Assembly (NCBI GenBank): GCA_029953675.1
Contig: JAMWBK010000003.1
Location: 1,178,001-1,242,000 of the forward strand
Direction: 5' to 3'
Source: Rhodosorus marinus CCMP1338
Lineage: Eukaryota; Plantae; Rhodophyta
Length of the DNA: 64,000 bases
How positions within the stretch are numbered: position 1 is the first letter of the stretch; each line of letters opens with the position of its first letter. Shown piece after piece: positions 11,332 to 23,595 of this stretch. The notes under the pieces were generated by a model that did not search any database, was not told the DNA's origin, and worked only from the letters and a program-made list of their open reading frames with translations. The translations under genes and the position numbers were made by a program.

Positions 11332-12820
11332 GACTGACCCTGTAAATATCAGCACCTGGAGAGATCAACGAAAAGATACCCGGTTTTTAACTGATCGCAA
11401 CGTACGTGGACAGCCTCGGACTTAAAAACATTTTTCACTGACTGAGTGCCATCTAGAATCGAAAAACACGAAACGCACAAACTTGATCGCAACAGCAAAT
11501 CCATTCCACCTTTTCAGAGCATAAGAAGTCTACCAGACAGAAATCTAGTCTATCCTACTCGAAAGTTCAGGCAGTATCCCTAGGTCAGCTCGACCCCCGA
11601 CACGAAACTCAAGCAACCCTCACCACAGTCGATCAATACGTCAAACCAGATATTGATTGACTCAATCAAAAAATTTCCTCCTTTTCTAAGTTTCTTGTTT
11701 ATCCATAAAACCACCCTCACTCAATCCATACCTTGACTCTGGTTGGACAGAATAGGAGTTGAATCCTGTTGAGGGTTTTCATGAAATACTTTTACCCGGT
11801 AGATATTTTAGTTGATGTTGAGTCCCTTCGGGGATATATAGCCGATAAAAGTAGAGTAAAACATGATTCATAATGCATTGCGATGTAGGAAAATCTATTC
11901 CCTCCCCCTATGGACGATCGTACAGTAATTTTGATGAGGCCAGTGGGATATTATTTAGTTTGTTTTTTTATGTTACGAAAAGGGGGGTGGTGGTGTAGAC
12001 ATGTTAGGGATTTCAAGTGGGAAATCTAGCAAGCTATATTTCCGATGGGATGCTTCTGTGATATTTGCAAAAATAAATAATCTTCTTATCCAATAAAAGC
12101 AAAATATATATCTACATCCAATAATATACTCCGAAGATATCTATATTCACCAATACGATTCTAATATTTACCGAATTTATGACATTTATTGGTATTTAGT
12201 ATTATTATTTATGATACGAGGCGCGTAGATGTATTCCCCCCCCCCTTCTCCCTTCCCCCACACTTCTCCACTTTCCCTTTTTAGGGGTTGATTGGTTTCC
12301 TTGATTGGAAAACTTGGGTTGACTCTTGGTAGGAAAGCGGTGAATGAATGGTATTTAGGATGGTGGTGAGGAAGGGGGAATGTGGAATTGAGATACAGTT
12401 GAAGGTGTTAGAACGGGGTGGGTCTGAGTGAGAGGGGAACAGTGGGAGAGAGAGAGTAGAGGTGGGGGGGAGGGGGAGAGGAGGGGGAGGGGGAGGGAAA
12501 GGTAGAGAGCTTGTTTGTGTGGGTTAAGGTGTTAAAATGGATTTGAAGGGAGGAATGAGGTCGGGAAACTGCTGTTGAGTGAAGTTTTTTAATGAGCTCT
12601 GATTTTCTGGAATTGATATTTGGGTATTGCTTTTGTTTTGGTCCTCGTGGACTCTTGGTGTTTGGGATTGTGTGCGATGGAGTGCGCCTGAAGGTGTTTT
12701 AGTTGGGTTTTTTGGCAGGGGGGTTTTTGAGACGATTTGGGTTTGGTTCGGGTTTTTGGACAGGGGAGGGAGAAGGGTGGGCTGGATTCTTTCCGATAGT
12801 AATCCAAGCGGGGGGTTGCA

Positions 12821-14385
12821 ATGGTGCAGTTGCGGTTTGCTGCGTTTCAGCACACTCTCTCCGGGGAGACGCTGGTTGTAGTTGGATCTGATGTGAGCCT
12901 TGGAGATTGGCAACCAGCACGTGCCCATCCAATGGTGAAACAGCAGGACGGGTATACTCACAAGGTGGGTGCCGGACTTTCTTATTGCGTTTGCACCATT
13001 TTGTGTACTTTCGGCTTTGCTAGCAGCGGCGTGGCAAAGATGGCTTCTGCATGCTGTGCATGTATTCGTTAGCTGCGCATCTGCTTCGGCTTTGTTCTCA
13101 GACGCGATTTTTTTTTTGGCATGTTTACTTAGTGTGAACTGACGGTGTACACGGACAAGGATCAGGTAGAGTACAAGTATTTGTTAATAGATCAGAACAT
13201 TCCCGGGCATGTAAAGTGGGAGAATGGCATGAATCGTGTTATCCACTTATCGGATCCAGGAGCCCACGATCGTAGCGATTATTCCTTTGAGCACGGGGAT
13301 AGCGGTTGGGTCCCTTATGAAGAGGGGCTCGAGTTTCTTATTGTGGACGACTCTGAGGACGAGATGGGGCTCAGCGCTAACGAGTGAGTACAGCGGTCAT
13401 CAATCAATCTTTGGCTAAGATGTCGAGCTTTGAAAAGGCGGCGCAAGAGCAGCATAGCTCGGCCCTGAATGCAAACCGTGGAAACCCCTCCGAGAAGCCT
13501 GATCACAAAGCGTTTTCCATCTGTTTGCGTATGTCAATCCAGCTACGAGAATGCTGATCAGAACATGAATGGAGAACTAGCGAACGACGGTAACACACAA
13601 GAAACACTGACTAATGAAACAAGGGGCGCCACTGAGAACATGACGGGACCGAACTCCGTGGTAGACGACGGTGGAATATCCCACGACAAATCTGACACCG
13701 GAACGGAGCAAGGTCAGGGTAACCATCATTCGAAAGAGAACGGACGCCCGTTCTGGATGTACTGGAATCGGGAAGGTACGAATTGCGTGCGGAGAGAAAC
13801 TAAGCCGTTTGCAAGCTGGCGAAACGAACCCACTTTTGCTAAGCTGGAAAACCGTCTCTCCCCGGCAGAAACAACCGGAAAGCCCCCTGATCGAGTCGAA
13901 TCAGACAGTAGACTGAAACAGAATGCAGCAGGGAAGGAGGCTGCGCCAGACATGTTTATACAGGTAAAACAGTTCGAACAGCTCTCCCTCTAAATTTTTG
14001 CCCTGCTTGGATCCCGCTCCTGGCGCTAAGGTCAGTATTTTGTTGATGGCCCTAGGATGAGGGGTCGAAGGTCCCGCTGATGAACGTTGCGCAGGGAAAT
14101 GAAAAAGTTATTCGTAGGGCAAGCGAGGTGAACCTACAGGATGGTCAGCAACTGTACAGAACTCGCGCTCTTCCGATGTGGTTGTTGTGGAGACAGGAAA
14201 ACCAAAACGAAGCATCCACAAGCCCGGGGAAAAGCCCTCAATCAAGAAGCCCGTTAACTATCAGCCCCGAACCCGGGGTAAATCTTACGAACTCTGAACC
14301 GGTTGCTCTACCTTCTGAAGTGCGTGAATGTAAGGCTAACGAGAAGCGAACGAGTGGAAGAGCACCATTTTGGATGTTGATATGA
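12821..14385 (+). CDS. CBM20 (starch-binding domain) protein with low-complexity tail
   Basis: Phase-consistent exons 12821-12964, 13133-13383, 13543-13963, 14056-14385. GETLVVVGSDVSLGDWQP.RA.PM, VEYKYLL and VKWENGMNRVI are CBM20 hallmarks. Confidence 0.78.
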
Positions 14386-14641
14386 TGTGTATAGCGCGAT
14401 AGAGGCCAAGGAGTTGACAAAGCCTATTGGTTGGGAGACACACCTTCTCTCTTCGGCCAGCTGGTTTTTGCGTGTACCTTGCTATTTATTAAATCCTATG
14501 CAACCGGAACAAGATCGCGATTGCTTGTAATCGGAAGTCATAGCCTCTGTGCCCAATCGGATTGTAGTTGAGGAAGGGAGCCAAGGGGAGACAAATGGGG
14601 AAACACATGGATTGACCGGCTCGACCCGTCCTTTCCTGAGC

Positions 14642-17600
14642 CTAGGGCGGTGCTCCGAATGCGCCACCTCCGGGAGTGCAAATTCGAATAGCATCGCCAG
14701 GCTGCAAAACAGCGGTGTTCTTCCCGCCGAAGAAAATTTCTCTTCCGTCCTTCCTCACAATGTAATTCTCCCCACAAGCTCCGGCTCCACCGCCGTTTAA
14801 ACCCCAAGGTCTGTGCACACGGCGCTCCGACAGGATCGAGACGGTCAGAGGGGACGTAACCTGCGCAAGGAAGTGAAGAAATCAGAAAACAGCTAACGAA
14901 CACGCCAAGCGAATGCTGAGAATCTCAAAACCTACCTCGATCTCCCGCTCAACACCTTCACCACCAGGATGGAGACCTACACCACCTGATCCCTTACGCA
15001 GCAGGAACTTTCGGAGCAGAACCGGATACCGCTGTTCGAGAATCTCTGGGTCGGTGATCCTTGTGTTGGTCATATGGGTATGTACACCGGAAGCTCCGTC
15101 CCAGTCTGGTCCCGCTCCACTTCCTCCAGCAATTGTTTCATAGTAGCCGATGTTCTTGTCCCCCATGGTGAAGTTGTTCATGCAACCTTGACTCGCCGCT
15201 GCTGCTCCAAACGCCATGAGGACAACATCCGTAACCCTCTGTGAAACTAGGACATTCCCTCCAACCACACCAGCGTTCTCAGAAGGGCTTAGCATAGACC
15301 CCTTTGGTAGGAGGATGCTGACAGGGTCTAAGCAGCCCTGGTTCAACGGGATATCAGTATCCACCAGCGATCGCAGCGTATAAATGACCGCCGAAGTAAC
15401 AACCGATCTGGGAGCATTCAAGTTCCCATAAACCTGCAAAACCCCGAAACGATGTGAGCACCGGAGGGACAAGGCAAGCCCTGCTCTGTTGAGGAGGCGA
15501 GGAATATTAAGTAGTCGCTTACCTCTGCGGAAGTTCCAGCAAAATCAAACTCGGCTGTCCCAATATCTCTATCAATTGTAAGCTTAAGCTTGATTTTGAG
15601 ACCGTTGTCCATAAAGTCTTCAGCGAAGAGACTATCCTTCGGCTTCAGCCCTCTGTCGATAGATATTCTTCTCAGCATGTCCTGCACCGAAACCGCTGCG
15701 GTGTTCTGTATTTGCTTCATATACTTTTGCACCCGGGCAGCCCCTTCGGACGACATGAGATCCTCCATAAGCGCAATTCCCTTGTTGTTCGCAGCCACCT
15801 AAAAGTTGTTGTCAAGATGAAGCTGGATTGGCTTAGTGCAAGAGCTTTTCAAACTGAGCGGCTTGGACCGAAACAAGAAAACCAAGGTTGTACACGTACC
15901 TGCGCTCGGATGTCCGAGATCACATCCTTTACCTGCCGACTACCAGCCTCTTCGAGCATTGAACGCAACTCCTTCTCGCGGAACAAGTCGTTCTCAACAA
16001 GCTTGAAAGACTCTACTGCCATTCTGGCTCGAGGATAACACATTGCGGGAACGAAATCAGTTTCGGAAATCAAATCGCGCGAAAGAAGAAATCATGGTCC
16101 TCACCCTTCCTCATCGAGGTTGACTGAAAACGGAGGCATTGAACCCGGCGTCAAGCCTCCTATGTCCGCCTCGTGGCCTCTGGAAGCGACAAAAAAGGTT
16201 GGTTTGCCAGATTCATAAACTGGTGTTATTATCGTTACATCTGGTAGATGACTTCCCCCAGCAATAGGGTGGTTCGTCATGATGACTTCTCCTTCCAACC
16301 AAGAATCTTTCAACTTCCGGATTTGGTACCTAACCGCATCCTGCATCGAGCCAAGATGTACTGGTACATGCGGTGCGTTGGCTACCAATCCTCCCGTTTG
16401 GTCGAACAGTGCGCAGGAGAAATCGAGTCTCTCCTTGATGTTTGTAGAAATCGCCGTTCGCTGAAGCGTTCGTCCCATCTGCTCGGCTATTCCCATGAAG
16501 CGATGGCCAAGCAGAGAGAGTTTTACTGGGTCAACAAAATCCTCGCTTTCTGTTGAGAGGAGAGCAGAGGACAATATGATTCAGTAAGACAACAGGCACA
16601 CTACGCAAAAAACGTTACCATCCAGCAGGCACCGGCCATACCCTTGTCAGGAGAAGCATTAGTGCGATTCTCCACATGTATTTCCAAATCGAGGTCCTCC
16701 GTAACCGTTGCTGTGCAGTTAGGCTCGATGACAATGGTGACACCCGCCGTGGAATCGATTACAATTGATGGTCGCGAAATAATCATCCCAGGACTGAGAG
16801 GCATATTGTATATGTCGACATCCGTAAATCCAACGTCCTCAAAATATGTCTGAGATTTAGAGACCGGCCCGGTGGGCTTATGTTGTCCTCCCTGCTTGAA
16901 CTTGCTACCAGACCCCGTAGAGGCCACTGCGATCAGGCGGACTCTGGTCTGGTCAATAATCACACGCCGATTTGGTATGGTAAAACCATGCTCTCTCTGA
17001 TAGTCAGCGATAAAGCGGCCCTTGAAATCACCATCTTCTGGCTCCTGCACCATCAGCCCATAGTCCGTCCCATCGTACCTCAAGTTCAAGAATTTCTGGA
17101 GAATCGAAAGTCGTCTGAGACCATGCACATTCTTCAAGGACTTGTTCAATAAGATCATACCTCAGCACGTGTGCTAACGTATGAAACTCCTTGAGACTCC
17201 AAATTCTTCGTCGCCTGCTGTTCCAATCGCTCCAAGCTCCCCAAAGCGTCTTGTAAAGCATTCGTGTTGTCGTAGTCCACAAGTCTCTGCCATGTACAAT
17301 GAAGACAAGACTTTGTTCAGCTGCGGCTTGTTCTTTTGTTTCTTCTCAAACGCATGTGAGCCTTGGATTGAGGTGGTTTGCTCACCGATTCCTGGACTTC
17401 CACCACCGTGTCTGCAATACCAATTCCATATGCTGAGAGCACACCGCAATACTTGTGTACAAGCACCGTGTCAATTCCGAGCGATCTTGCCACAGAACAG
17501 GCATGCTGGCCACCGGCTCCACCAAAGCAGGAGAGAACGTGAGTTCGAACATCAAACCTAAGCGATCGCGAGAAACGTTTCCAAGCGGGAATTTTTGGTT

Positions 17601-19277
17601 TCCTCAGTTCGGGATAGTCGTCTTTGAAAATTTTGGAGTTGAAGAACAATACCCTTTGGCCTCTGTCAGAGAACGAATTGGCCGACACATCGTTTCATTG
17701 GCAACCTGGACAAAGCCAATCGCGACCTGCTCTGGTGTGAAGTGCCTGGCTACATAGCCCTTTCGAGTCTCTTGTTGGAGCATCTCAAACGCGTTCACCT
17801 CCTTGGTGAGTTTGTCAAACGCCACCTTGGTCGCCTCAACGTCAAGTGGCTCATTCGCATCGGGCCCAAAGATTTTGGGAAACATGGACGGTACAATTCT
17901 TCCTAGCAGGAGGTTGGCGTCCGTAACCGCTAGCTCACCTCCCTTCCTGTAGCAGGCCGGTCCCGGATGTGCGCCGACAGACTCCGGGCCAACAACGAAT
18001 AAGCCCGAGCGGAAGAACAGCCTGGATCCCCCACCTGCGGCGACCGTATTAATATCCAGCTGTGGTGCTTGGATCGTTACCCCGGAGGTTTCGGACTCAA
18101 AGACGAGCTCCAAATGGCCAGCGTAGCGTGAGACGTCCGTTGAAGTACCGCCCATATCGAAACCAATCACCGAGCGTGGAGGTTTCCCGTCCTCGCTTTC
18201 CTTGTACGCCGTGCGAGAGAACCTGTAATTGTGTACGTGTAGAGGCCAAACATCTGGTGCTTCAGCCTCGAGCGTTGAGGAAACGTCAATTGCCGGGAGG
18301 ATTCTCACCCAATGACTCCACCGGCTGGCCCAGACAGCAGCCCACGATAGCCCGTGAAGGTGTCGATGCTGCATAAGCCTCCATCGCTTTGCATGAACTC
18401 GACAGAGACGTCCTTGAGGTTGTTCTGGAAGCCTTGGCTGAAGCCGGTGAGGTAGTCTGTGATTTTAGGAGTCAGATACGCATCCACACATGCCGTATAT
18501 CCGCGAGGGGTCAGCTTTGACATTGGTGTTAAACGACTGCTTAGAGACACGTGGGTGAACCCTAAAGAACGGGCAAGCTTTTCAACGGCCTCCTCATGCT
18601 CTCTGTAGATGTACGAGTGCAGCAACGCGACAGCCAAGGAGCGGATGCCCAATTCATCTCGAATGCGGATGAGGTCCTGTTCCAACGTGGCAAGATCCGG
18701 TTCCTTCAGAACCTCCACACGAAGTCCCTTCGCGCTCTCTCCGTCCCGGATGATTGCCACCCGCTCATCAAACTCAACGGCTGTACTGTAGAGAACATCC
18801 GCTCGCTTCACACGTAGATCAAAAATGTCTGGCCGTGACTTTCCAAAATCAAATGAAGAGGACTCACTTAGATTATTGGTTTCGTGGTTTCAAAGCTCCG
18901 TTCAAGGTTCTCTGTTATGGCTTTCATTTTACCTGGTTGCCAATCTTCAGAACGTCGCGCATGCCTTTCGTGACGACGAACGCAAACTTTTCCCCCTGAC
19001 GCTCCAGTAGAGCGTTGGTAGCGACCGTTGTGCCCATTCTGATCCAGTCAATCCTGGAGGTGTCAACCGGTTCACCTCTCTGGTGAGGAATACCAGTTTT
19101 TTCCTCGAGAATCCTTCTGATGCCTTCTGTGGGCGCATCTTTATAGTTGGCCGGGTCTACAGACAGAAGCTTGTGTACTTCACCTTTGGTTACCCCATCT
19201 CTCGTCTCTTCCACGTAAATATCAGTGAAAGTTCCTCCACGATCGACGGCAAACTTAAAACGGGGTTGCTCCTCCAT
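14642..19277 (-). CDS. OXP1: ATP-dependent 5-oxoprolinase (fused hydantoinase A/B type), about 11 exons
   Basis: Motifs [144 protein letters not shown] and the last exon [11 protein letters not shown] are joined by phase-consistent GT-AG introns. Confidence 0.97.
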
Positions 19278-19872
19278 TCTCAATTCGGTGGAAAACTAGC
19301 ACTGAAACAGCAGGTAAATTGTATCTTCCTCAGTGAGAGTTGGTATAATCAAGTCCCCTAAGTTGATCGTTTTTGACTCTCTCTATCGATCCATCTTTCC
19401 AAACCCCGCCGGGTCCCCGCCAATGATATAATCTAGGGTTCCCTCGAACACCGGTGGAATCACTTGAGTCACATCTCCAATCGCGCCTCAATATTGACTG
19501 TATTTCATTAGAAAACAAAAAGAAACAACATAATGATCCAATTAAAACTCATCTTCGATTGACGTTGAGATTCATGCCAATCAAGTAGCTTTATAAAAAA
19601 GGATCAAAGTTTAATTGGCAATCCATAGTAATGTAAAGCGAATTGTTTCAAAATAGTCGTTTCAGTAATGATTGAGTATCCGCGGAATTGGTTTTTTCAT
19701 TCGTTTGTCATATAGGCACAAGCCAATAATAAGGCGCGAAGAATTTTATGGGATGTTTATTTGTTGTTGTGAATTTGAATTCTATAGTTTTTACTAAGTT
19801 TTAGTTGTCCGCTGATTATGGAGGGAGACCTTAAGGTACTGATGGTGTCAGCAGCAGAGCCCTGGGCAGCAT

Positions 19873-20738
19873 CTACTTCTGCTTTGCTGTCAGATCTATT
19901 CTTGAGTAGGAGGGCTTTCTATAGTTCTGCGCGTAGAAAAGGGAAAACAGAGCTAGAAACGAGAGATTGACAGCAACAGAAAACAGGGCAGATAATCCGT
20001 TTCCACTGCACGGTTCCTCACGCGTGAACTTCAAGTAGTAAAACGTGACAACGAAAACGGTCCCGGATATGAACTGGACGATCTGACAAGCTGTCAAGTA
20101 CTTTTTCCACCAAACCCTTATCTTCAATGTTGCCTACACTCGTGCAGAGGAAAGGTGCTTTAGAAGACAAGACACGAATGTGGTTTCATTTGACAAGGCT
20201 TCGGCGACCCCCATACCAGAAAGTAGTATGAATACATCGCGACGTGAACCAGGGAGTTGATGAAGGCACAATACCAGGCACCCTCTAGCCATGGAAAAGC
20301 AAACCAAGTCCATCCGACCAAAGGCATAATCATGTGGTGATAGACGTGCAGAGGGAGCAAGGTTTTCTTCTTCAAGGTCAGCATTATGGTATCAAAAAGT
20401 TCGTAGTATTTCGTGAGGTAGAACACATAAGACCAGTACCCGATCCGGCCATCCCACATCGCCTCCGGAGCCCGAGCAGAACAAACCAATCCATACCACC
20501 CATCCTCAGAAGACCTTATCAAAGCTCCGCTAGCAACTCCAACAGCAGTAACGGCTGAAATAACTACAAGCAGAGCATTGTGGACGATATCAACATGCTT
20601 CGTATCGATCGCGTTGCCCTTTCTCGTCGACAACCCCCAAATCAACAATAAGTACAAGCCCATGGCCGCAGCAGGGTACTCCAGACGGGACAAGAGCGTC
20701 CCATCCTGCACAAACTTAAAGTTGTCTACCACTTCCAT
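19873..20738 (-). CDS. ELO-family fatty acid elongase
   Basis: Exons 20738-20217 and 20133-19873. Motifs FYLTKYYELFDT, KKK, LHVYHH (His box), NSLVHVAMYSYY and WWKKYLT.CQIVQF. Confidence 0.95.
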
Positions 20739-21613
20739 TCTAGTTCTATTTAACGATCACTACAGACTTGGACGTAATCGGTAACATCCCAAACCCTCCC
20801 CCTCCGCTCTCTCCTCGGTACTCAAACCCCCAAAATTTGTGTACAGCTCTACCACCATACAATGCCCAAAGTCACCAAATCAATCTATTCCGTGAACGAA
20901 AGACGATGGCTTGTTGAGTCCCTCTTCCAGCCGCAAACGGATCATCCGCAGCAGGAAATTTCCGGCGCAATATTAAAGGGGGAAACAAACCCCCATCAGG
21001 GGCGAGCAGAGCTTCCAATCTAACGTCGTCCACCATTAAACGGACTGGTTTTTCCTCTTACTGTATTGTAGCATAAGAAATATTCATTTTACAATGAAAA
21101 TAGACACAAATTGAAAGAGGTGAAAACGGCGTTTCTTATGAAATTTCTACCTATGACTGGTTTTGCGAAAAAAATGCATGTATCGTGTTTTGTTTAGAAA
21201 CATACGTTATACTGTTATTTCGTCAATAAAAATCGTGCTCAATTCAATCCACTCAATTTTTGAATTGGACTCTGGCGGTGAACCTTTTTCGAAGAAGAAA
21301 TATATTTATTTTTGAAACAGTAGTTTTAAACAAAATTCTTCTGAGGAAGACGTAGTCTGACGTTTATTTTAGGTGTCAAGTGAGAGCCAAAATTATGATC
21401 CTAGTATTTTAGCAGTTTTTAGATGTAATTGAGGTTGGGTAGCATTTCTCGTGCAAAATATATAGCAAGGGATGTGGCGGATCATGTTCAGAAATGTCTG
21501 ACATGCGCACCAGAGCGTCTAGAGAGAAGTCGACGAGGATAATCCGCTACATACCTTGACATACTAGCTTCGCGCACACTTTATCATTCGGAAATGGAAA
21601 AGTGCGGTCCTCC

Positions 21614-21821
21614 TTTGCTACCACAAAGAGGGTTTTGCACTAGCCACCACTCGTTTAGCACGTTTCTTGATCTGTTCATCCGGTCACGGCTCTTTTCTCG
21701 GCTTTGCTGATCGTGCACAACTCTTTTCGTTTCCGTCGGATCGTTTACGCCCTCTTTTCGTCCCTCCAAGGACCGCTGTGGCACGTTTCTGACCTAGGAG
21801 CCCTCCTGAACGTTCTTCCCC
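21614..21821. repeat. Dispersed repeat copy 1 (copy 2 at 33126-33311), probably retroelement-derived
   Basis: Shares an exact 21-mer CACGTTTCTGACCTAGGAGCC (21782-21802 = 33273-33293), plus TTTGCTACCAC and CTGTTCA.CCG.TCA.GG.TCTTTTCTCG. Confidence 0.75.
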
Positions 21822-22809
21822 AGACGTATCCAGGTGACAAGGCAGCTTCCCACTTTGTGGGTTTGCAACGTCTTTCGATTGATAGTTGCGGGTGATTCGT
21901 TCGAACCACCACCAAGTCGTTGGGAATACAAAGTCAGCGCGGACATAGGACATGTATGGCTAGGTTAAACTGAGAGAACAGGCGTCTAAAACTAACGCGG
22001 AAGCGGAACGTCAGAGATAGAACTCAGCGAAGCGAGGAAACGCGTGTGGGTTCTCATCACGATCGCGAAGACAGTCACGAAACCATGTACCCCTGATTTC
22101 TCAGTGGAGCTGTCGGCAGTGCGCTGTCAAGTGTTTGGCACTAGCCTCTTCGTTTTAATACGGAGGATAGCAATAACCATGCCAAAGGAGATCCTGTAAG
22201 AATTCTTTGGTTTGAAGGGGAATAACCGTTCAGAGATGGTACGAAAGAAAGTGCTTCGGACCAGTTTTGCATGACCAACCTTGGAGGATTCGGGGGGGTC
22301 GAGAGGCAGTGATAAGTAGCAAGGATACTTATCGTTTAGTGTGTCCACCTACACACTATGCCTTTAGAAGCTGAATACATTCCCGCTCGGTGAATGGATA
22401 GAGAGCATCGGGTATGCAAGGATACACTCGTGCTCGGCTAGTGAAACACCAGGGCGCTTTTGACGACTCGTCGAAGCGCCGTGATTTTTTTTCGTGATCG
22501 TGAGACTCTGTAAAACCAGAAACGCCTTTCTAAAGAAAAAAAACGCACAACTGCCACTCAGTGGTCTAGAAAACGCAAAGGACCACATAACTGACGCGAA
22601 GACACCGACAAGCAAGCACCATCGCCACGCCAGAGAGTCAGTGACAGCTCCGTGAGGAGACTGCCAAGATGACGCGGGGCATGGCGAAGAACACGAGCTA
22701 TCGTCAAGGCTACTGACAGTGCACGTTCCAATCCGTACTGTCCCAACCAATCTAAATGTATGCATTAAAGGAAAACATCTGAAATTTTTTCCCATCCTAC
22801 GCTGGGGCC

Positions 22810-23290
22810 TTCTAAATCAGATCGAATGGGAAGGGCTTCCCCGTTGTTCTCGCCTTGTGAATACTTTTAGATGGAGTTTCCATTAAAGACGTTGGATCGA
22901 TCTTTCTAGCTCCGCCTTCTGAATCAGATCGAATGGGAAAGGGTTTCTCCGTTGCTTTCGCTTCGTGAATATTTTTAGATGCAGTTTCCATTAAGCACGT
23001 TGGATGTATCTTCTTAGGGTAGCCTTGGGAAAGGGTTTCCTCCGATACTTTCGCTTAGTGAATATTTTTAGATGCAGTTTCCATTAAGTAAGTTGGATGT
23101 ACCTTTTTAGGGTGGGCTTGGGAAAGGGTTTCCACCGTTACTTTCGCTTAGTGAATATTTTTAGATGCAGTTTCCCCGTAAGCTCGATGGATCGAAATCA
23201 TTTTAAGGCGGTCTTCTAAATCAGATCGAATAGGAAAGGGTTTCTTCATTGTTTTCGCTTAGTGAATATTTTTAGATGCAGTTTCCTTGA
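22810..23290. repeat. Tandem array of five 92-112 bp units
   Basis: Core GGGAAAGGGTTTC...TTTCGCTTAGTGAATATTTTTAGATGCAGTTTCC starts at 22828, 22935, 23027, 23120 and 23232 (periods 107, 92, 93, 112). Confidence 0.93.
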
Positions 23291-23595
23291 AGTATTTTCT
23301 TTCGATCTTTTTATTCAACTCATCGCTTGATTTTCATTTGGCGATGATGACGCTGACGGTCCGTTGGGAATTAATGAGTAATAATTACGGTTTTTCTAGT
23401 ATATTGAGGAAACGGGGGATTCTCGATGAAGACGACGAAGCGATGAGTTGAAGAGCTGTGTTTGGTTTCATTGGGGTTGGAATCGGTTTTGTAAGTGGAG
23501 TGGGTTGGATACAAAGTAGCTACGATGCGTATTGGATTTTTGTGGAATTGTTTTTTGGAAGGATTTCTGTCTTGATTCTTGTTTGTTTGGTTAAG

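Noticed and set aside
22810-23290. CRISPR-like repeat-spacer array
   Set aside because: The variable parts are homologous to each other, the core is too long, there are no cas genes, and the context is an intron-containing eukaryote.
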